Shown piece after piece: positions 38,245-51,410 of a DNA stretch of 64,000 bases. Location: the NCBI RefSeq assembly GCF_036321535.1, contig NC_087437.1, positions 32,924,001 through 32,988,000 of the forward strand, in the 5' to 3' direction. Positions within the stretch are counted from its first letter, which is position 1. Each line of letters opens with the position of its first letter. Both the position numbers and the translations under genes were made by a program. Under the pieces are notes generated by a model that worked only from the letters and a program-made list of their open reading frames with translations, was not told the origin of the DNA and ran no database searches. This DNA comes from Camelus dromedarius. Lineage: Eukaryota.

Positions 38245-38418
38245 AGGTGCCAGGCAATGTTCTAAGTATTTTACCTCTCTTAATCCTCATGAACTCTATG
38301 AAGTTTGTGCTGCTATTATCCCTGTACTGTAGGGAGAATGCAAAACTAAGGCTTGATAACTTGTTCCATAGCTAATAAGTGGTGAAGTCAGTACACAAAC
38401 TCAGGCAGTATGACTCAG
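38245..38418 (-). mobile_element. MIR
   Basis: gtgccaggcaatgttctaagtattttac ... taatcctcatgaactctatgaag ... agctaataagtggtgaag. Confidence 0.8.
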
Positions 38419-40049
38419 TATACATCCCCCTTTTTAAACAGCCTGCCTAAATCACAACCCTTACAATTAGTGTTCAAATATAATTTATATCCCTCTTCCT
38501 CTGTCCTTTGCCTTCTTCTCTGGATCTCGCCCTCTGGCTCTTATGTGTTTACTATTTTTCGTGTCTGTGTCCTCAGTTAGATCTGTACCCATACTATGTT
38601 GTCTCACTTACATTTCTGGATGCCCAGCAGGGAGGTACTCTAGTCAGAGGCACATTTTATCAAGGTGTCCATGTCCTTTTCCCATAATTTCTATCTGCTT
38701 TTCTCCCTAGTGACTGGCCGGTTTATGTAAGACATTCACTTATCAAGTCCATGCCAGCCTTCAGAGCCTGGACCAGACCCAAACCTACCCTTTGTCAGAG
38801 GTCCTGGCTCTCCATGCTTTGAGGTCCCTAGCATAAAGCACACTTGGCACCAAGTCTTACCACACTCAGGAAGAGAACTGTTACAATCCCTCTTTCCCTT
38901 CACTGTGGTTCCTTGCCTAAAACCAGAGAAGATGACTGGGGTTCTGAGCCATCCTTTATTCCTCTGGACATCCTTTATGAGAAGGTTGGAGTGAAGTTAA
39001 GAAGGCTAAAGTTAACAGGTGCAGAAGTATCATTTAGGAGTCAGTGTTTATTTAGTTGGCATGTTGACATCAATAGATTAGGGAGACATTAGGACTGTCC
39101 TTTTTAGCCCTCTCCTGAATTGGCTACCAGTTGTAATATGCAGTATGATTTCCTTCTTAAATGTTTGAAATTTTACCCCCTCCTCTCTTTGTCTACTTTA
39201 TTGGGTAGTTCCATTCCAAGATTTTAAATATCATTGTAGGAAATTTGTGTTCCTATGTCTCAGAGTTAATAGTTCTACATCTTTCATAATGTTGTATTTC
39301 TTCAATATCTGTGTAGTCTTTTAACACATTAGCTCTAATTTTAGAGAGCTGCTTCCTTGAAGAGGAAAATTAATCTGCTTAGCTAGGATGCATTATTTTA
39401 CTTCATATGTTTTGCTCAAGTCCTCAGCAGTGATTTGTCCTTTATAGTCCCCTAGATTCCATGTCTGCAAGAACTTGATTTAGATATTTATAAACTTTCT
39501 TTTGTATATAGTTTTATCTGTGTCATATGACATAGCATCAGCTATTTATTCCTCAGTTTTGATGCTCCCAGTAAATGGGTGCTGATTCATTTTCAACTAA
39601 CTTTTTAACAAAGCAAAAGATCCTTTCTTATTTTCCTAATAGCTCACTAAGTAATGTTTGTGCTTCATAGGCATTCAGCTGTGCTGTGGGTGGATTTGAA
39701 AGCTGGTTTAGATCACATTTTACTTATTTTCAGTAAGGTGTTCATGTATATGAATGCAGATACACTGTTACCTATTTAACCATTACTAGACTTCCAGTGA
39801 GCGACCAATCGTGTGCTTGCTTACCAATGTAAATATTTTCTGTGCTCTACACACACAAATTTCAAGACCAACTCAAAGCTACAACTTTCTTTTCAACCAG
39901 CTATTTACAATGTAAATTAAACATCAGGAAGCTGACATACATATTGAATGCCTGCAGATGTGCAGTCCTGGGAGTGACCAAGGGAAGCCACTGTTATATA
40001 AGGTGTCAACTGTACTCCAGGGGGAACGACCCTAGATTCTTGTAGCTGA

Positions 40050-40640
40050 AGTGAGAGAATGAGGTTCAGAGTCCCAGCTTTGCCATTTACTGGCTCTGTG
40101 ACTGAGTAAGTCCCTTAACTTCACTGTGACTCAAAGTGAAAAAGATAATGAAATCTGCCTAGGATTGTCAGAAATAGAAATGATGTGTAGTATTTAAAAA
40201 TTACTTCATAGCTACATCGTACTGTATAAATATAACCTTTCATTACTCAGAATTTCAATACAAAGAATATCATCTTTTTATCATTCATTCCTTTACTAAC
40301 TTTTATCAATTAAAAAATATACTGACCATCAAGTACATGCTGGGTACTGTTTAAGCCATATGAATAGAACAGTGAAAAAGGAAATCGAGGCCCTTGCATT
40401 TGAAGACTTTACACTGTAGAAGGGGAAGACAAAATAAACATGAAAGCAATAAAATACTGTTAACTTCAAATAGGGATAATGTTTTCTCATCTTCTGTGTG
40501 ATCTTAAGTGGTCTCTTTAAACACAGTTTCCCCATCTGTTAATAAATAAGGATGATAATAATTTGTCTACTGTCTAAGGATGTGGTTGTGTTACAGTAGA
40601 TATGAAACCATTTTATAGACTTTATAAAACTTTAGTCATT
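40050..40640. mobile_element. Cluster of MIR (+), L2 (-) and MIR fragments
   Basis: ggttcagagtcccagctttgccatttactggctctgtgact; aaatatactgaccatcaagtacatgctgggtactg; cagtttccccatctgttaa. Confidence 0.7.
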
Positions 40641-40789
40641 ACTCTTTTATTATTAATTTTTAAAATACTTTTAACTAGCACTCCTCAGTGAACCATCAGT
40701 TAAAAAGGAAATTACAGTGGAAAATATAAAACCACATATCAAGATTTATGGGATGAAGATAATGTGGTAGGACTGGCTTATTTGAACTC

Positions 40790-42210
40790 ACCCCCCTTCT
40801 GAGAACAGATAGAAAATCTGGTCAAAATATTAAAACATATGTTTGAAGGTATAAGAGACTTACTAAGGCAGTGGAAAAGTATGGGGTCCCAGGTCCAAGA
40901 AAATAAGGTGAGCTCAACAGTTGGAACTAGTTTTCCCCTAGAGATGATTCCAGTAGTGACATCCATCTGCCAATTCAATCACTGAAAGGCTAAGAATCTG
41001 GGCAGAGCTTTTGAGACACTCATTGAACTACCTGGACAAAATCTATAGTTCAGGGCCAGTCAAGGAAGGGAAGACTCTAATAAAACCACCAGGCTTTGGG
41101 TTGAGATCGTAACAGATTACTCCCTAAAAGTAAGGATGAACCATAAATACAAAAACCCCCATGAAGGCCTGAAGCCCAGCTTTAAGTCATCTCAGTTCCT
41201 GATTGAATTAAGATGATTCAAGTTGCTAGTGCCCCTAGCCAATTACCAAAGCAGATATACATCTTTTCTGGAAGAAGATAGCATTATCCTAAGCTTCAAG
41301 TTACCTTTACAATTGTTTCTCTATGACATCTGTTAAGAATAACCAGGCGTATGAGAAAACAAGACAAAATGAAGAACATTGAGAAACAAAAGGACGAGAG
41401 AAACACAGTCAGTAGGGATAGATTCACAGAGGATCAAAATAATAGGGTTGTTAGATGATTAGCATTACTCTGATTAATATGTTCATGGAAATAAAAGACA
41501 ATGCTAACAATTTCTGGTGAGAAATGGAAGCCAAAAAATTAATAAGAAACTATTGAACTGAAAAATACATGAACTGAAATGAAGAACTTAATGAGGGCTT
41601 AAGTTTCAACTAAGCAGAGCAGAAAAAAGAATTAGAGAACTGAAAGATAGATTGGAAGAAAACATCTTGAATGAAGCACTGGAAAACAATAGAATGGAAA
41701 ATACAGTAAGGAGAAAGAAACATAAGGGATATGATCAAAGGATTTACAATAAATATAATTACAGTCCCAGAAAAAGAGAGAGAGATTTAGGTTAAGTAAT
41801 ATTTGACAGGAGATGGCTAAGAATTTTCCCAAATTGTCAAAAGACATCAAGCTACAAACTAATGAAGCACTGCAAACTCTAAACCAGATGCATGCAAAGA
41901 AAACCACACCTAGGCACGTTATAGTAAAAGTTATAAAAGCCAAAGACAAAGGGGAAAATCATAAAAGAGCAGAGAAAATTTATTATTTCAATGGAGCAAA
42001 TATAAGACTAGAAGCTGATTTTTCAACAGATTTAGGAAGACATACCTACTTCAACACCTGGTAGAATGATTCTTTTCATGTTCTTGAAAGATAGTAATTG
42101 CAAATTTAAAATTATGAATCCAGCAAAAGTATCCTTCAAGAATGAAGGTACAGTACAGACATAGGTAAAAATTGAGTTGTCACCAGCAGCCCCTTCACTA
42201 AAGGAAATAG
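40790..42210 (+). mobile_element. Old L1M 5'UTR plus ORF1 relic
   Basis: The ORF at 41813-42064, MAKNFPKLSKDIKLQTNEALQTLNQMHAKKTTPRHVIVK, resembles L1 ORF1p ENFPNL...IQEIQRTP...TPRHIIV. It is followed by ccagcaaaagtatccttcaagaatgaagg (PAKVSFKNEG). Confidence 0.85.
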
Positions 42211-43207
42211 TATTGGGAAAAAAAATGAAAGCTAGTTGTCATCCCACCTGCTAGGGATATAAACAATGTAAACATTTTGTTAGATATTATGGCCGTTTGA
42301 CAGTATAGAGATATGAAATAATAAATTATGTTAAGGGAATATGGTATAAATAAGGCATTATGCATTATTCATAGATATAAAAAGAAAAGCATGTGTTATT
42401 ATACCCTAAATATTTTGAATCACAGTTTCTGATACAGTTTCCTTGTCTTCTCAGATCAATATATGGTCACCCCAGATTTTAACACTGATAGTAATCAGAA
42501 GCATTTTCTAATAGATAATGTACTGTTGTAACACAGGGGATTTTTCAAAGCACAATTTTGCATACCCACCAGAATTTGTACCTTGAAGGATACAGAAATC
42601 AAAAATATGGTTCTCTCTTGCTCTCAAGGAACCTATAGTCAATTTAAGAGGACATTCCTAATGTACCTGAAATGGTAGAAAAGAGTATAAGATAATATAT
42701 ATATTTATAAAATAAATTATTTGGAAATTTATTAAATCAGACACAAAGTTATTAGAAAGTAGACAGTATTTATTCCTGTTTTTATTAGGTTGATTGACTT
42801 TATTTAAAATCAAGATTCTGTATTTTATGTTTCTTTCCAACATCAGGGAAAAAATCATTTTACTTGACTAAATTTGTCTGCATTCCTACAGCGACAGTTA
42901 AACACTACCACAGAAGCAGCTCTATTTTCTGTGAAAAGAAATTACTTTCTACAAACACACTTGATTTTTTTCTCAAGGTAGCTCCAAGTAACTCAAGTAT
43001 TAAAGCTTGTACCACTTACTTTAGGAGAATTTTTTTTTTAATTTCCTGTCATTAAACACAGATTTTCTCAGCGTAACATGGTTATCTTGATTCTGTTATT
43101 GTGCAATAAAAACACTCCTTGATGACTACCCTCCTGCTTTCCCTCAAAATTATGTGTTTGATTTGCATGCAGTTATTTTTAAAGAAGTTTAGCATAGTGA
43201 TTGAGTA

Positions 43208-43425
43208 CAGTTGCGCCTTGAACAACATGTTTGAACTGTGCAGGTCCACTTACACACAGGTTTTTTTTTTCCACGAATACGTACTACAGTATTACATGAT
43301 CTGAGGTTGGTTGAATCTGCAGATGCAGAACCTGGATATGAGGGCCAACTGTAAAGTTATACAGGGACTTACTACTGCATGGAGGGTGGGCACCTCTAAC
43401 CCCTGAGTTGTTCAGGGTTCAGCTA
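43208..43425. mobile_element. Tigger2-derived MITE (MER8/Tigger2a-like)
   Basis: TA precedes the left end cagttgcgccttgaacaac, and the right end is gttgttcagggttcagct. The interior has tttgaactgtgcaggtccactta. Confidence 0.85.
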
Positions 43426-43474
43426 ATTCTGTGAAACTTCCAGCATTCAGTTTGCTGTTAGACGTATACCCATC

Positions 43475-43590
43475 ATTAGCCTCAGTTTCCTCATCTATAC
43501 AGTGAGGCTAATGGAAATAGCTATTCACCGGAGTTAACATATATAAAGCACTTAGAAAGTGCCTCAGAAGTAATAGGTATTATGTAAGTA
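43475..43590 (+). mobile_element. MIR fragment
   Basis: gcctcagtttcctcatctat ... atataaagcacttagaaagtgcct. Confidence 0.75.
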
Positions 43591-43765
43591 TTCTGCTCCA
43601 TTTCAGTTCAGTGTAAATTTTTACATATTTTTACCTTTATGGCATCCTAGATATTTTAGTTTAAAAATATGAGATTCTTTATGGTAGTCTTTATTAACAT
43701 AAATAAATTGTCTAATAAAGCTCCCCTACAAAAGTAATTAAAAATTTGGCCTGACAATAAAATTT

Positions 43766-46700
43766 ACATTATTGAGATACAGTTGACATATAGCATAGTA
43801 TAAGCTTAAAGTGTACAACATGTTGATCTGATACATTTATATATTGAAATATGGTTACCATTGTAGCATTAGCTAACACCTCACATAATTATCCTTTCTT
43901 TTTTGTGGTGAGAACAATTAAGAACTAGTCTCTTAGCAATTTTGAAGTTTATAATAAAGCATTGTTGATTATAGTTACTGTGCTATGTATTATGTCTCTA
44001 GAACTTGTTTACCTACTAGTTGCAAGTTTAATATTGTTTATTTAACCCTTTAATAACATCTCCTTGGTTCCCCAATCCCAGCCTCTGGTAACCATTGTTT
44101 TACTCTGTTTTTATGAGTTTGGCTTTTTGGGATTTCACATGTAAGTAATGTTATACAGTATTTGTCTTTCTCTGTCTGACTTATCTCACTTAGCATAATG
44201 CCCTCAAGTTCCATTCATGTTGTTGCAAAGAGCAAGATATCCCCCTTTTCATGGCTGAATAATATTTCATTGCATATATAAAAATGACATCTTCTTTATC
44301 CATTCATCCACTGACAGGCATTTAAGTTATATCCATATCTTGGCTATTGGGAATAATGCTGCAATAAAAATGGAAATGAAAGTATCTTTTCTATATCCTA
44401 TTTTCATTTCCTTTGGCTATGCACTCAGAAGTGGGATTGCTGGATCATACAGTATTTCTACTTTTAATTTTTTTATTTTAATTTTTTTCTCCTTATTGTT
44501 TTCCATAGTGGCTGTGCTAATTTAAATTCCCACCACAAGGGTTCTTTTTTTTTTCCATATCCTTGTTAACACTGGTTATCTCTTGTCTTCTTGATGACAG
44601 CCATTCTGACAGATATGAGGTGATATCTCAATGTGGTTTTGGTTTGCATTTCCCTATGGTAATCGTTAGTGATATTAAGCATCTTTTCATGTACATGTTG
44701 GCCATTTGGGTGTTTTCTTTGGAAAACTTATCTATTGAGTTCTTCCACTCATTTTTAAATCAGATTGTTTTCTTATTGAGTTATATGAGTTCTTTATTTA
44801 TATATATTGGATATTAACCCCTTGTCTTATGAATGGTTTGCAAATATTTTCTTCCATTCTGTAGGTTGCCTTTTCATTTTGTTGATAGTTTCTTTTGCTG
44901 TGCTTTTTAGTTTTGTTATATTCCCACTTGATTTTTGCTTTTGTTGTTTGTGCTTTTGTCATATCAAAAAAAAAATCATTGCCAAGACTGAATATATATT
45001 TATCATATATATTTAAGATTGTTAATCTTCTTTATGTATTGACCCCTTTATCATTATATAATGTCCTTCTTTGTTTCTTGTTACTGTTTTTAGCTTAAAA
45101 TATTTTAGCTGACAGGTATAGCTACTCCTGCTTTCTTTTGGTTTTCACTTGCATAGAATATCTTTTCCATCCCTTCACTTTGTGCCTATGGGCATCCTTA
45201 AATCTGAAGTGTGTCTCTTGTAAACAGTGTGTTGTTGGGTTCTCTCTCTCTCTTTTTTTTTTTTAAATCCATTCAGCTACTCTGTGCTTTTTGATTGATA
45301 GACTCAATCCATATACATTTACAGTAATTATTGATATGTAAGGACTTACTCATGCCATCTTATCAGTTGCTCTCTGGCTGTTTTGTAGTTGCATTGTTTC
45401 TTTTTCCCTCTGTGATTTTCCATAGTGGTTTGCTCTGTTTCCTCTTTCTTTATCTTCTGTGAATCTACTCTATGTTTTTGTTTTGTGATTACCAAAAGGC
45501 TTACTAAAACATATTATAGATAAAACAATCCACTTTAAGCTGATTGCAACTTAACTTTGATCACATACAAAAGCTTCACCCTTTTACACTTCCCTTTTAT
45601 ATTTTTGATGTCACAATTTGCCTCTTTTTATATTGTGTATTTGTTAATACATTATAGTAGCTATAGTTATTTTTAATACGCATTTCTTTTAACCTTCGTA
45701 ATATAGTTAGTGGTTAATATTCCATCCTATTACAGATTTAGAGTTTCCTAAGCCTGACTTATATTTTCCTTTACCAGTGTGTTAATTACTTTCATACGTT
45801 TTTATGTCACTAATTAACATCCATTTTTTTCAGCTTGAGGAACTCCTTTCATCATTCCTTGCAAGACAGGTCTCATGGTGATGAACGTCCTCAGCTTTTG
45901 TTTGTCTGGGCAAGTCTTTATTTCTTCTTCACATCTGAAGAATAACTTTGCTGTATACAGTATTCTTAGCTGGCAGTTCCCCACAACACCCAATACCTTA
46001 AATATGTCATTCTACTCTTTCCTGACCTGTAAGGTTTCTGCTGATAGCCTGATGAGGGAGGTTCTTTTGTAGGTTATAATAATTTTTTCCTCTTTGGCTG
46101 TCTTCAGAAATCCCTTTATCTCTGACTTTGACAATTTCATTATAATGTGTCTTGGAGAAGGTCTTTTTGTATGGATATGATAGAGTAATCCATTAGCTTC
46201 ATGAACATGAATGTCTGGGTCTCTCCCCAGGTTTGGGAAGTTCTCTGCTGTTATTTCTTTAAATAACCTTTATGCCCTCTTCTTCTTCAGAAACTCTTTA
46301 TTCTAATATTTGTACATTTGATGGCATCCCATAGGTCATGTAGGCTTTCTTTGCTCTTTTTTATTCTATTTTCTTTGTTCTCTTCAAATTGAGTTATTTC
46401 AAAGTTCCTAACTTCTAGCTCACTTATTCTATCTTCCATTTGGTCTACTCTAATATAGATGCTCTCTATTGCATTTTTTTTCACTTCATTCATTGAATTT
46501 TTTAGCTCCAGAATTTCTGTTTCCTTCTTTTTTATGATTTCTGTCTCTTTAAATTTCTCATTTGCTTATGTATTATTTTCCTGATTTTGTTGAATTGTCT
46601 TTATGTTCATGTAGCTTGTTGCATTTCTTCAAAGCAACTATTTTCAATTTTATATCAGCCAGATCACAAAATTCCTTTGAGCTCAGTTGTTGAAAGATTA

Positions 46701-46925
46701 TTTTTATCTTTTGGTGATATATGTCATTGATTTTTCATGTTTTTTGTAATTTTGTGTTACTGATTTTGCATTTGAAGTAGCAGACACCTCCTGAAATCTT
46801 TATAGTTGCCTTTAGGTGGGATACACTGTTCTTTGGTTCTATTATATCTGGAATTTCCTCTCACCTTGTATGGATGCACCTGCTCCATACTTCTTGCTCC
46901 CTCTTGTGGAAGAATTCTTAAGCTT
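43766..46925 (-). mobile_element. L1 (L1MA9-like) retaining part of the 5'UTR, ORF1, the start of ORF2 and the 3' end, with most of ORF2 missing
   Basis: The 3'UTR contains gtggtgagaacaattaagaactagtctcttagcaa. The ORF2 C-terminal region runs to about 44990 and EN-domain sequence occupies 45005-45340. The ORF at 46287-46493, RVDQMEDRISELE...LHDLWDAIKCTNIRI, corresponds to the ORF1p coiled coil. Confidence 0.88.
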
Positions 46926-49089
46926 TTATGTCTTTATCTACTTGTCAAGTTATCTTACATTTAATTTTTAGTGGAAATGAGATATATCTGTTTGCTAAAG
47001 ATCAGACGCAGGCCACTGTTCACATCTGGAAGATGAATTAGCAAATGTATGAATCAGGTTCTGTTTATGTAAGATGGATAATGATGCTTGCTAAATAAGA
47101 ACTCTGCCTTGATTGTAGTATCAGTATTTGCAAATAGTAATTTCCTGTTAATGGAAAATAGATGAAATTCAAATAATTTTTGCAATTTATAATTGTTAAT
47201 ATTAGTGAGGCTCAAGTCTTATTAATAACCTTAATGATGTCAGAATATATTTACTATAGCAAATTATTTTCTCTAATAAAAGAAATATGACCAAAATCCA
47301 ATTAGAGTGTGTAAATGTTTATCTCCTAAAACATACCTTACAATCTGCCTTTAGCCATAAGATGTATGACTGTAACATATTCAGAGATAAATATTTTAAG
47401 GACATTAAATTATTGACTACATGTTAATCAAATATATAATAAATAATGAAGTCAGACCTAGTTTCTAAATAGAATATTTTATCCCCCAAATATTTTATTT
47501 CCCAAAACATACTTTTAGGCTTACTGGCAGAATAACAAGCTTTAATTTTGCTATTAGAGGTTCAGAATGGACATCCAAGAATAATTCTATTACCAAAAAG
47601 GTTTAAAGAAAATCAGTCTTGTTTTTCTCTGCTCCTGGAAAGTACATGTAAGTTTATTTTGCTGGGATTAACAGGACTATGTCCTTTATTTTCTAAAACC
47701 ATGTTACCAATAGGGGAAACTTAGAAGGTTAATATAACACATACGATAAAAATGTTTTCTAAATTACAGCTATTCCAGTGTAATTTACTTGATGTAAAAG
47801 TAAGAATGGAATGGAGAGTATTGTTTAAGGAAAATAGTTTATGTAGATCCTGATTATCTGTAAAAATTTATTATAATTAGACAACTAACCACTGTTTTAG
47901 AATAGGAAAAGCTAAATTTGATGTACAAAATCATAACCTGGTTAATTCTGGACATTTCCACCTTAGTATATAAACTATTATTAATCCAAGGTGATCAGCA
48001 AGATTGAATGGAAATCATCTCTGATGTCAAGAAAAAAAGAATTATTCTGTCAAACTGCATATTGGGCATTGCATAGAGCAAGTAGAATTGAGGTAGAACC
48101 AAAATTTAGACTGTACTAGAGGAGAGTTGAAGTTCAAGAAAATCTTGTTATAGGAATCAGAATCCTAGACTGGAAAACCAAGCAGAGGCCAAGGTGAAGG
48201 ATTTGAGCAATGTCAGACTAGAGAAGCATCTTAAAAGTTGTGGGGCCATGGAACAAGACTGTGTGTCTGAATGAAATGCATGAAATGCTAGTGCAAGCCC
48301 CAAGAGGCAGTAGGTTACCAAGTCTTTTGCTTTCTGAGTCAAGACTCTCTACCTTCTGCTTAAGGCAGTAGTGTGTTTCAGGGTGAAGGCAAGTCAGCAT
48401 TGTTGGGTGACTCAGACTCTCTAAGGTTATATGAGACTGCTACAAAGACATTGGAAATGGTAAAAATTGTTGGCATAAGAGTAATGGAGATTATATTCAG
48501 TCATCTTGCTGAATCTTCTGCAACTAATGTAGCCATTATTGCTTGTAATTTGAACCAAGCCTTGCTGTAGTGCTGCTGACAAAGGCAGAGGAAGCACCCA
48601 AGTAATAATATATGTGCTTATTAGTCTTCAGAGCCAAAATACACTAAGAAATTTAAGGAAAATACTACATCAGGGTTGTTTATGTGAAAAGACAAAACTA
48701 CTTATTTATGTAAATAAAAACAAGAAATCCACTCTGCAAACCATCATTAAGTAAGCACCAAAATATAATCAGTGGAAAGGAAAAATTTTGTGACAGTAAC
48801 ATTCTATTGTAACATTTATTGTAATAATTTTTACCCAGTCTTTGTTTCTACCCACCATATTCACAGATTATTTTTTGAAATAAGTTGACTTTTAAATCCA
48901 GGTTGTTTTATAATTCCAGGCTGAGTTTGCTTTCTAGTCATTATCTTTTTGAGAACATTAAGGCAGAAATACAACTGAGCAGCATCTACTTTGCGGCTTG
49001 AAAATAATAAGCCTTCTCTTTTTAAAACAACTTGAAATAGCCTCTTGTTAGAAAAAAATCTCCCTTCTGCATCCTTTCAGCTTCTCTCT

Positions 49090-49325
49090 AGAGCATGATC
49101 TGTTCAGCTTTTTAGAATATAAATACAACACACAGTTAGAAATATATTATACTTTGTAACCCAGTACACATATGCATATGTACATATAATTGAACAATAT
49201 TTTACAAAAACTACTCGTCCACTCTGATATGTTCTCTTTGTCCTAATGGTACTGCATCTTAAAACAATGAGAAACAAAAATCACCCACTAAGGAGTCATG
49301 ATTCTCAATCTGAAAAACATTGCTC
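49090..49325. mobile_element. hAT-Charlie MITE fragment
   Basis: The right end cacccactaaggagtcatgattctcaatctgaaaaacattg resembles Charlie termini. Confidence 0.5.
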
Positions 49326-50137
49326 TGAAACAGGTTTCTCCTGCATTTTTTTCTCACCCAAATCACTCTCATACCTTAAACAAAGAAGCCTGAGGAAACA
49401 TTCTGCTTTTGCCTATGATTAGAGTCAACTGAAGACAGTAAGTTACTGCACAAATTGTTGGTGTTTTTCTTAAAGCAAAATTTTAAGGCAAACCAATATA
49501 TTGTAATAATATAAAGTGAAGTTAACCCATTCAAAATTAGAAGCAACTAGATTTCTTTAAATTGGCATCCTGTATAAACTCAATAAATAATTCTTAACTG
49601 ATTATGGATCATTTCCCTGTAAGTATCTCTGAACTTCTGGAGGAAGTGTATTCTTACTTAGGATATAATTATCTGTTAATTTTCTAGTTAATGTAAAATT
49701 TACAGCTTATAAATGGAATATTATATATGTAAGTGATATATTTCTTCACATCTTTAGTTAAAATGTATTAAGTTAAGTCTGAAGTACCTTGGAATTCATG
49801 TTAATGTGAATTTGATAACTGAGCCAAATCTGACTTCATGATGATTTAGATTATAAACTTGAATCCAAGTTATGGAAATGGCCTGAATTCATCTAATTAT
49901 TTGGCAGAAGACAATTTACATTCAGTTATTTCTGTGCATGCAACTCTTCCAAGTTATGAATAAAATTTAAAAATAAAATTATCTCACAAATAAAGATCCA
50001 GATTTGAAACAAGTAGACTTTCAAAAAGAAAGAAAATAGAAAAGGTGGAGTTTTCTTCCTAACTAGATTGTTTAAAGCATATGTCCTCTGAAATAAAAAT
50101 GGCATTTTAATTTCATGATAATAGTAAGTGATAATAA

Positions 50138-50276
50138 GGGGGGAAGGTATAGCTCAAGTAGTAAAAGTGCAATCTTAGCATGCATGAAGTCCTAAGTTCA
50201 AGCCCCAGTACTTCCTCTAGAAATAAATAAATGAGTAAGCCTAATTGCCTCCCCCCACCAAAAAAAAAATCTTTTA
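50138..50276 (+). mobile_element. tRNA-derived SINE, vic-1-like, with TSD
   Basis: ggggggaaggtatagctcaagtagtaaaagtgc ... gttcaagccccagtac ... followed by an A tail. The TSD is aatagtaagtgataataa (50120-50137) / aatagtaagtgatattaa (50277-50294). Confidence 0.92.
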
Positions 50277-50294
50277 AATAGTAAGTGATATTAA

Positions 50295-50390
50295 TAAGTC
50301 ACACAGCTATTAAGTTGAAGCCAATATTTGAGTACAGATCTAATACCAGAGCCCAAGAGCTTAACCGCTATGCTATATGACTTCCCACTG
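50295..50390 (-). mobile_element. MIR fragment
   Basis: aagtcacacagctattaagttgaagccaatatttga ... ccagagcccaagagcttaaccgctatgct. Confidence 0.7.
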
Positions 50391-50659
50391 TGCTATCCTA
50401 TAATGGTATCGCTTTTGAAAGGGATTTTATTCTGTCATCTCCCTCCCCCAAAACTAGTTTACATTCATATATCTTTTTTGGAGATAGAAAACATAAAGAT
50501 AACGAGTGGAACTGCCAGATTTAAGTGTGTTTTTCTTTTTAATTAGGGGATTGATATTACTATTTAGAATCTATTTTGAAAATTTATTTAAGACTTTGTA
50601 TACTGCATTTTGTTTTGCTTAGAAGCATTCTTTTAAATATAATTAAAGTTTTTATAAAA

Positions 50660-51200
50660 ATATTATGAGCCTATTTCATAGAAAATGTGAACAATGTATA
50701 AAGAAAGAAAGAAATACACATAATCCTACAACCCAGAGAGAAAACTTAGGCTAACATTTTGGTGTATCCTCCTAATGGTCGTTCATTTATAATGTTGAGA
50801 TCCTGCAGCATGTACAATGTTAGTTTAGTGTATCAACTATGTATTGTAAGAGGTAAGAGAAGGGAGATCTCACTGTACAGAGGAGGCCATATTCTTTCGG
50901 CCTCTAAATTTTTACATAGTAAAAAGTTGCTGGTGGAATATAAACACACCTTACCTTGCCTCCCACTTCTCAAGTCCATATCACTCTTTTCAACCCCCAG
51001 ATATATTACAATTTTGTATTCTGCATTTTTCACTAGTTGTATAATACAGTTATTTTCTCATGTTATTAAGAGTTCTTTGAATACATTTTAATGGTTGTAT
51101 AATATTCCCATTTATAGATATGCTATGACTTAATAATTTCTCTATTTTGGGATGTTTAGATTGTTAGCAGCATATTTTGTCAGAAATATATCTCAGTAAG
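50660..51200 (-). mobile_element. Old L1ME 3' fragments
   Basis: cataatcctacaacccagagag ... aacattttggtgtatcct; ttttaatggttgtataatattccca. Confidence 0.55.
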
Positions 51201-51311
51201 CAGTCCAGATGTGGAAGCTTAGTGCTACAACCATGTAAGTACTTGCTGCCTGTACTACATATGTGGAAAGTCATTCCATTTGTTTTATAAAGAGCTTCCC
51301 TGTGCAATCTT

Positions 51312-51410
51312 TTTTTTTTTTAATGGAAGTCCTGGGGATTAACCCAGGACTGAATACATTCATGCATGCTAAGCATGCGCTCTTCCACTGAGCTATACCC
51401 ACTCCCCCCA
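51312..51410 (-). mobile_element. tRNA-derived SINE, short vic-1-like form, with TSD
   Basis: The minus strand reads gggtatagctcagtggaagagcgcatgcttagcatgcatg ... cctgggttaatccccaggac, followed by poly(A). The TSD is cctgtgcaatctt (51299-51311) / cctgtacagtctt (51411-51423). Confidence 0.9.

Noticed and set aside
41632..46493. ORFs with ORF1p similarity as a possible domesticated gene, or an inverted L1 pair forming dsRNA
   Set aside because: The ORFs are short and broken by stops and frameshifts. The two L1s look like different, diverged subfamilies, so stable pairing is unlikely.
50138..50215. tRNA-like sequence with A and B boxes (also at 11790-11859 and 51325-51410)
   Set aside because: A-rich tails, TSDs and degenerate stems show these are SINE heads, not tRNA genes.
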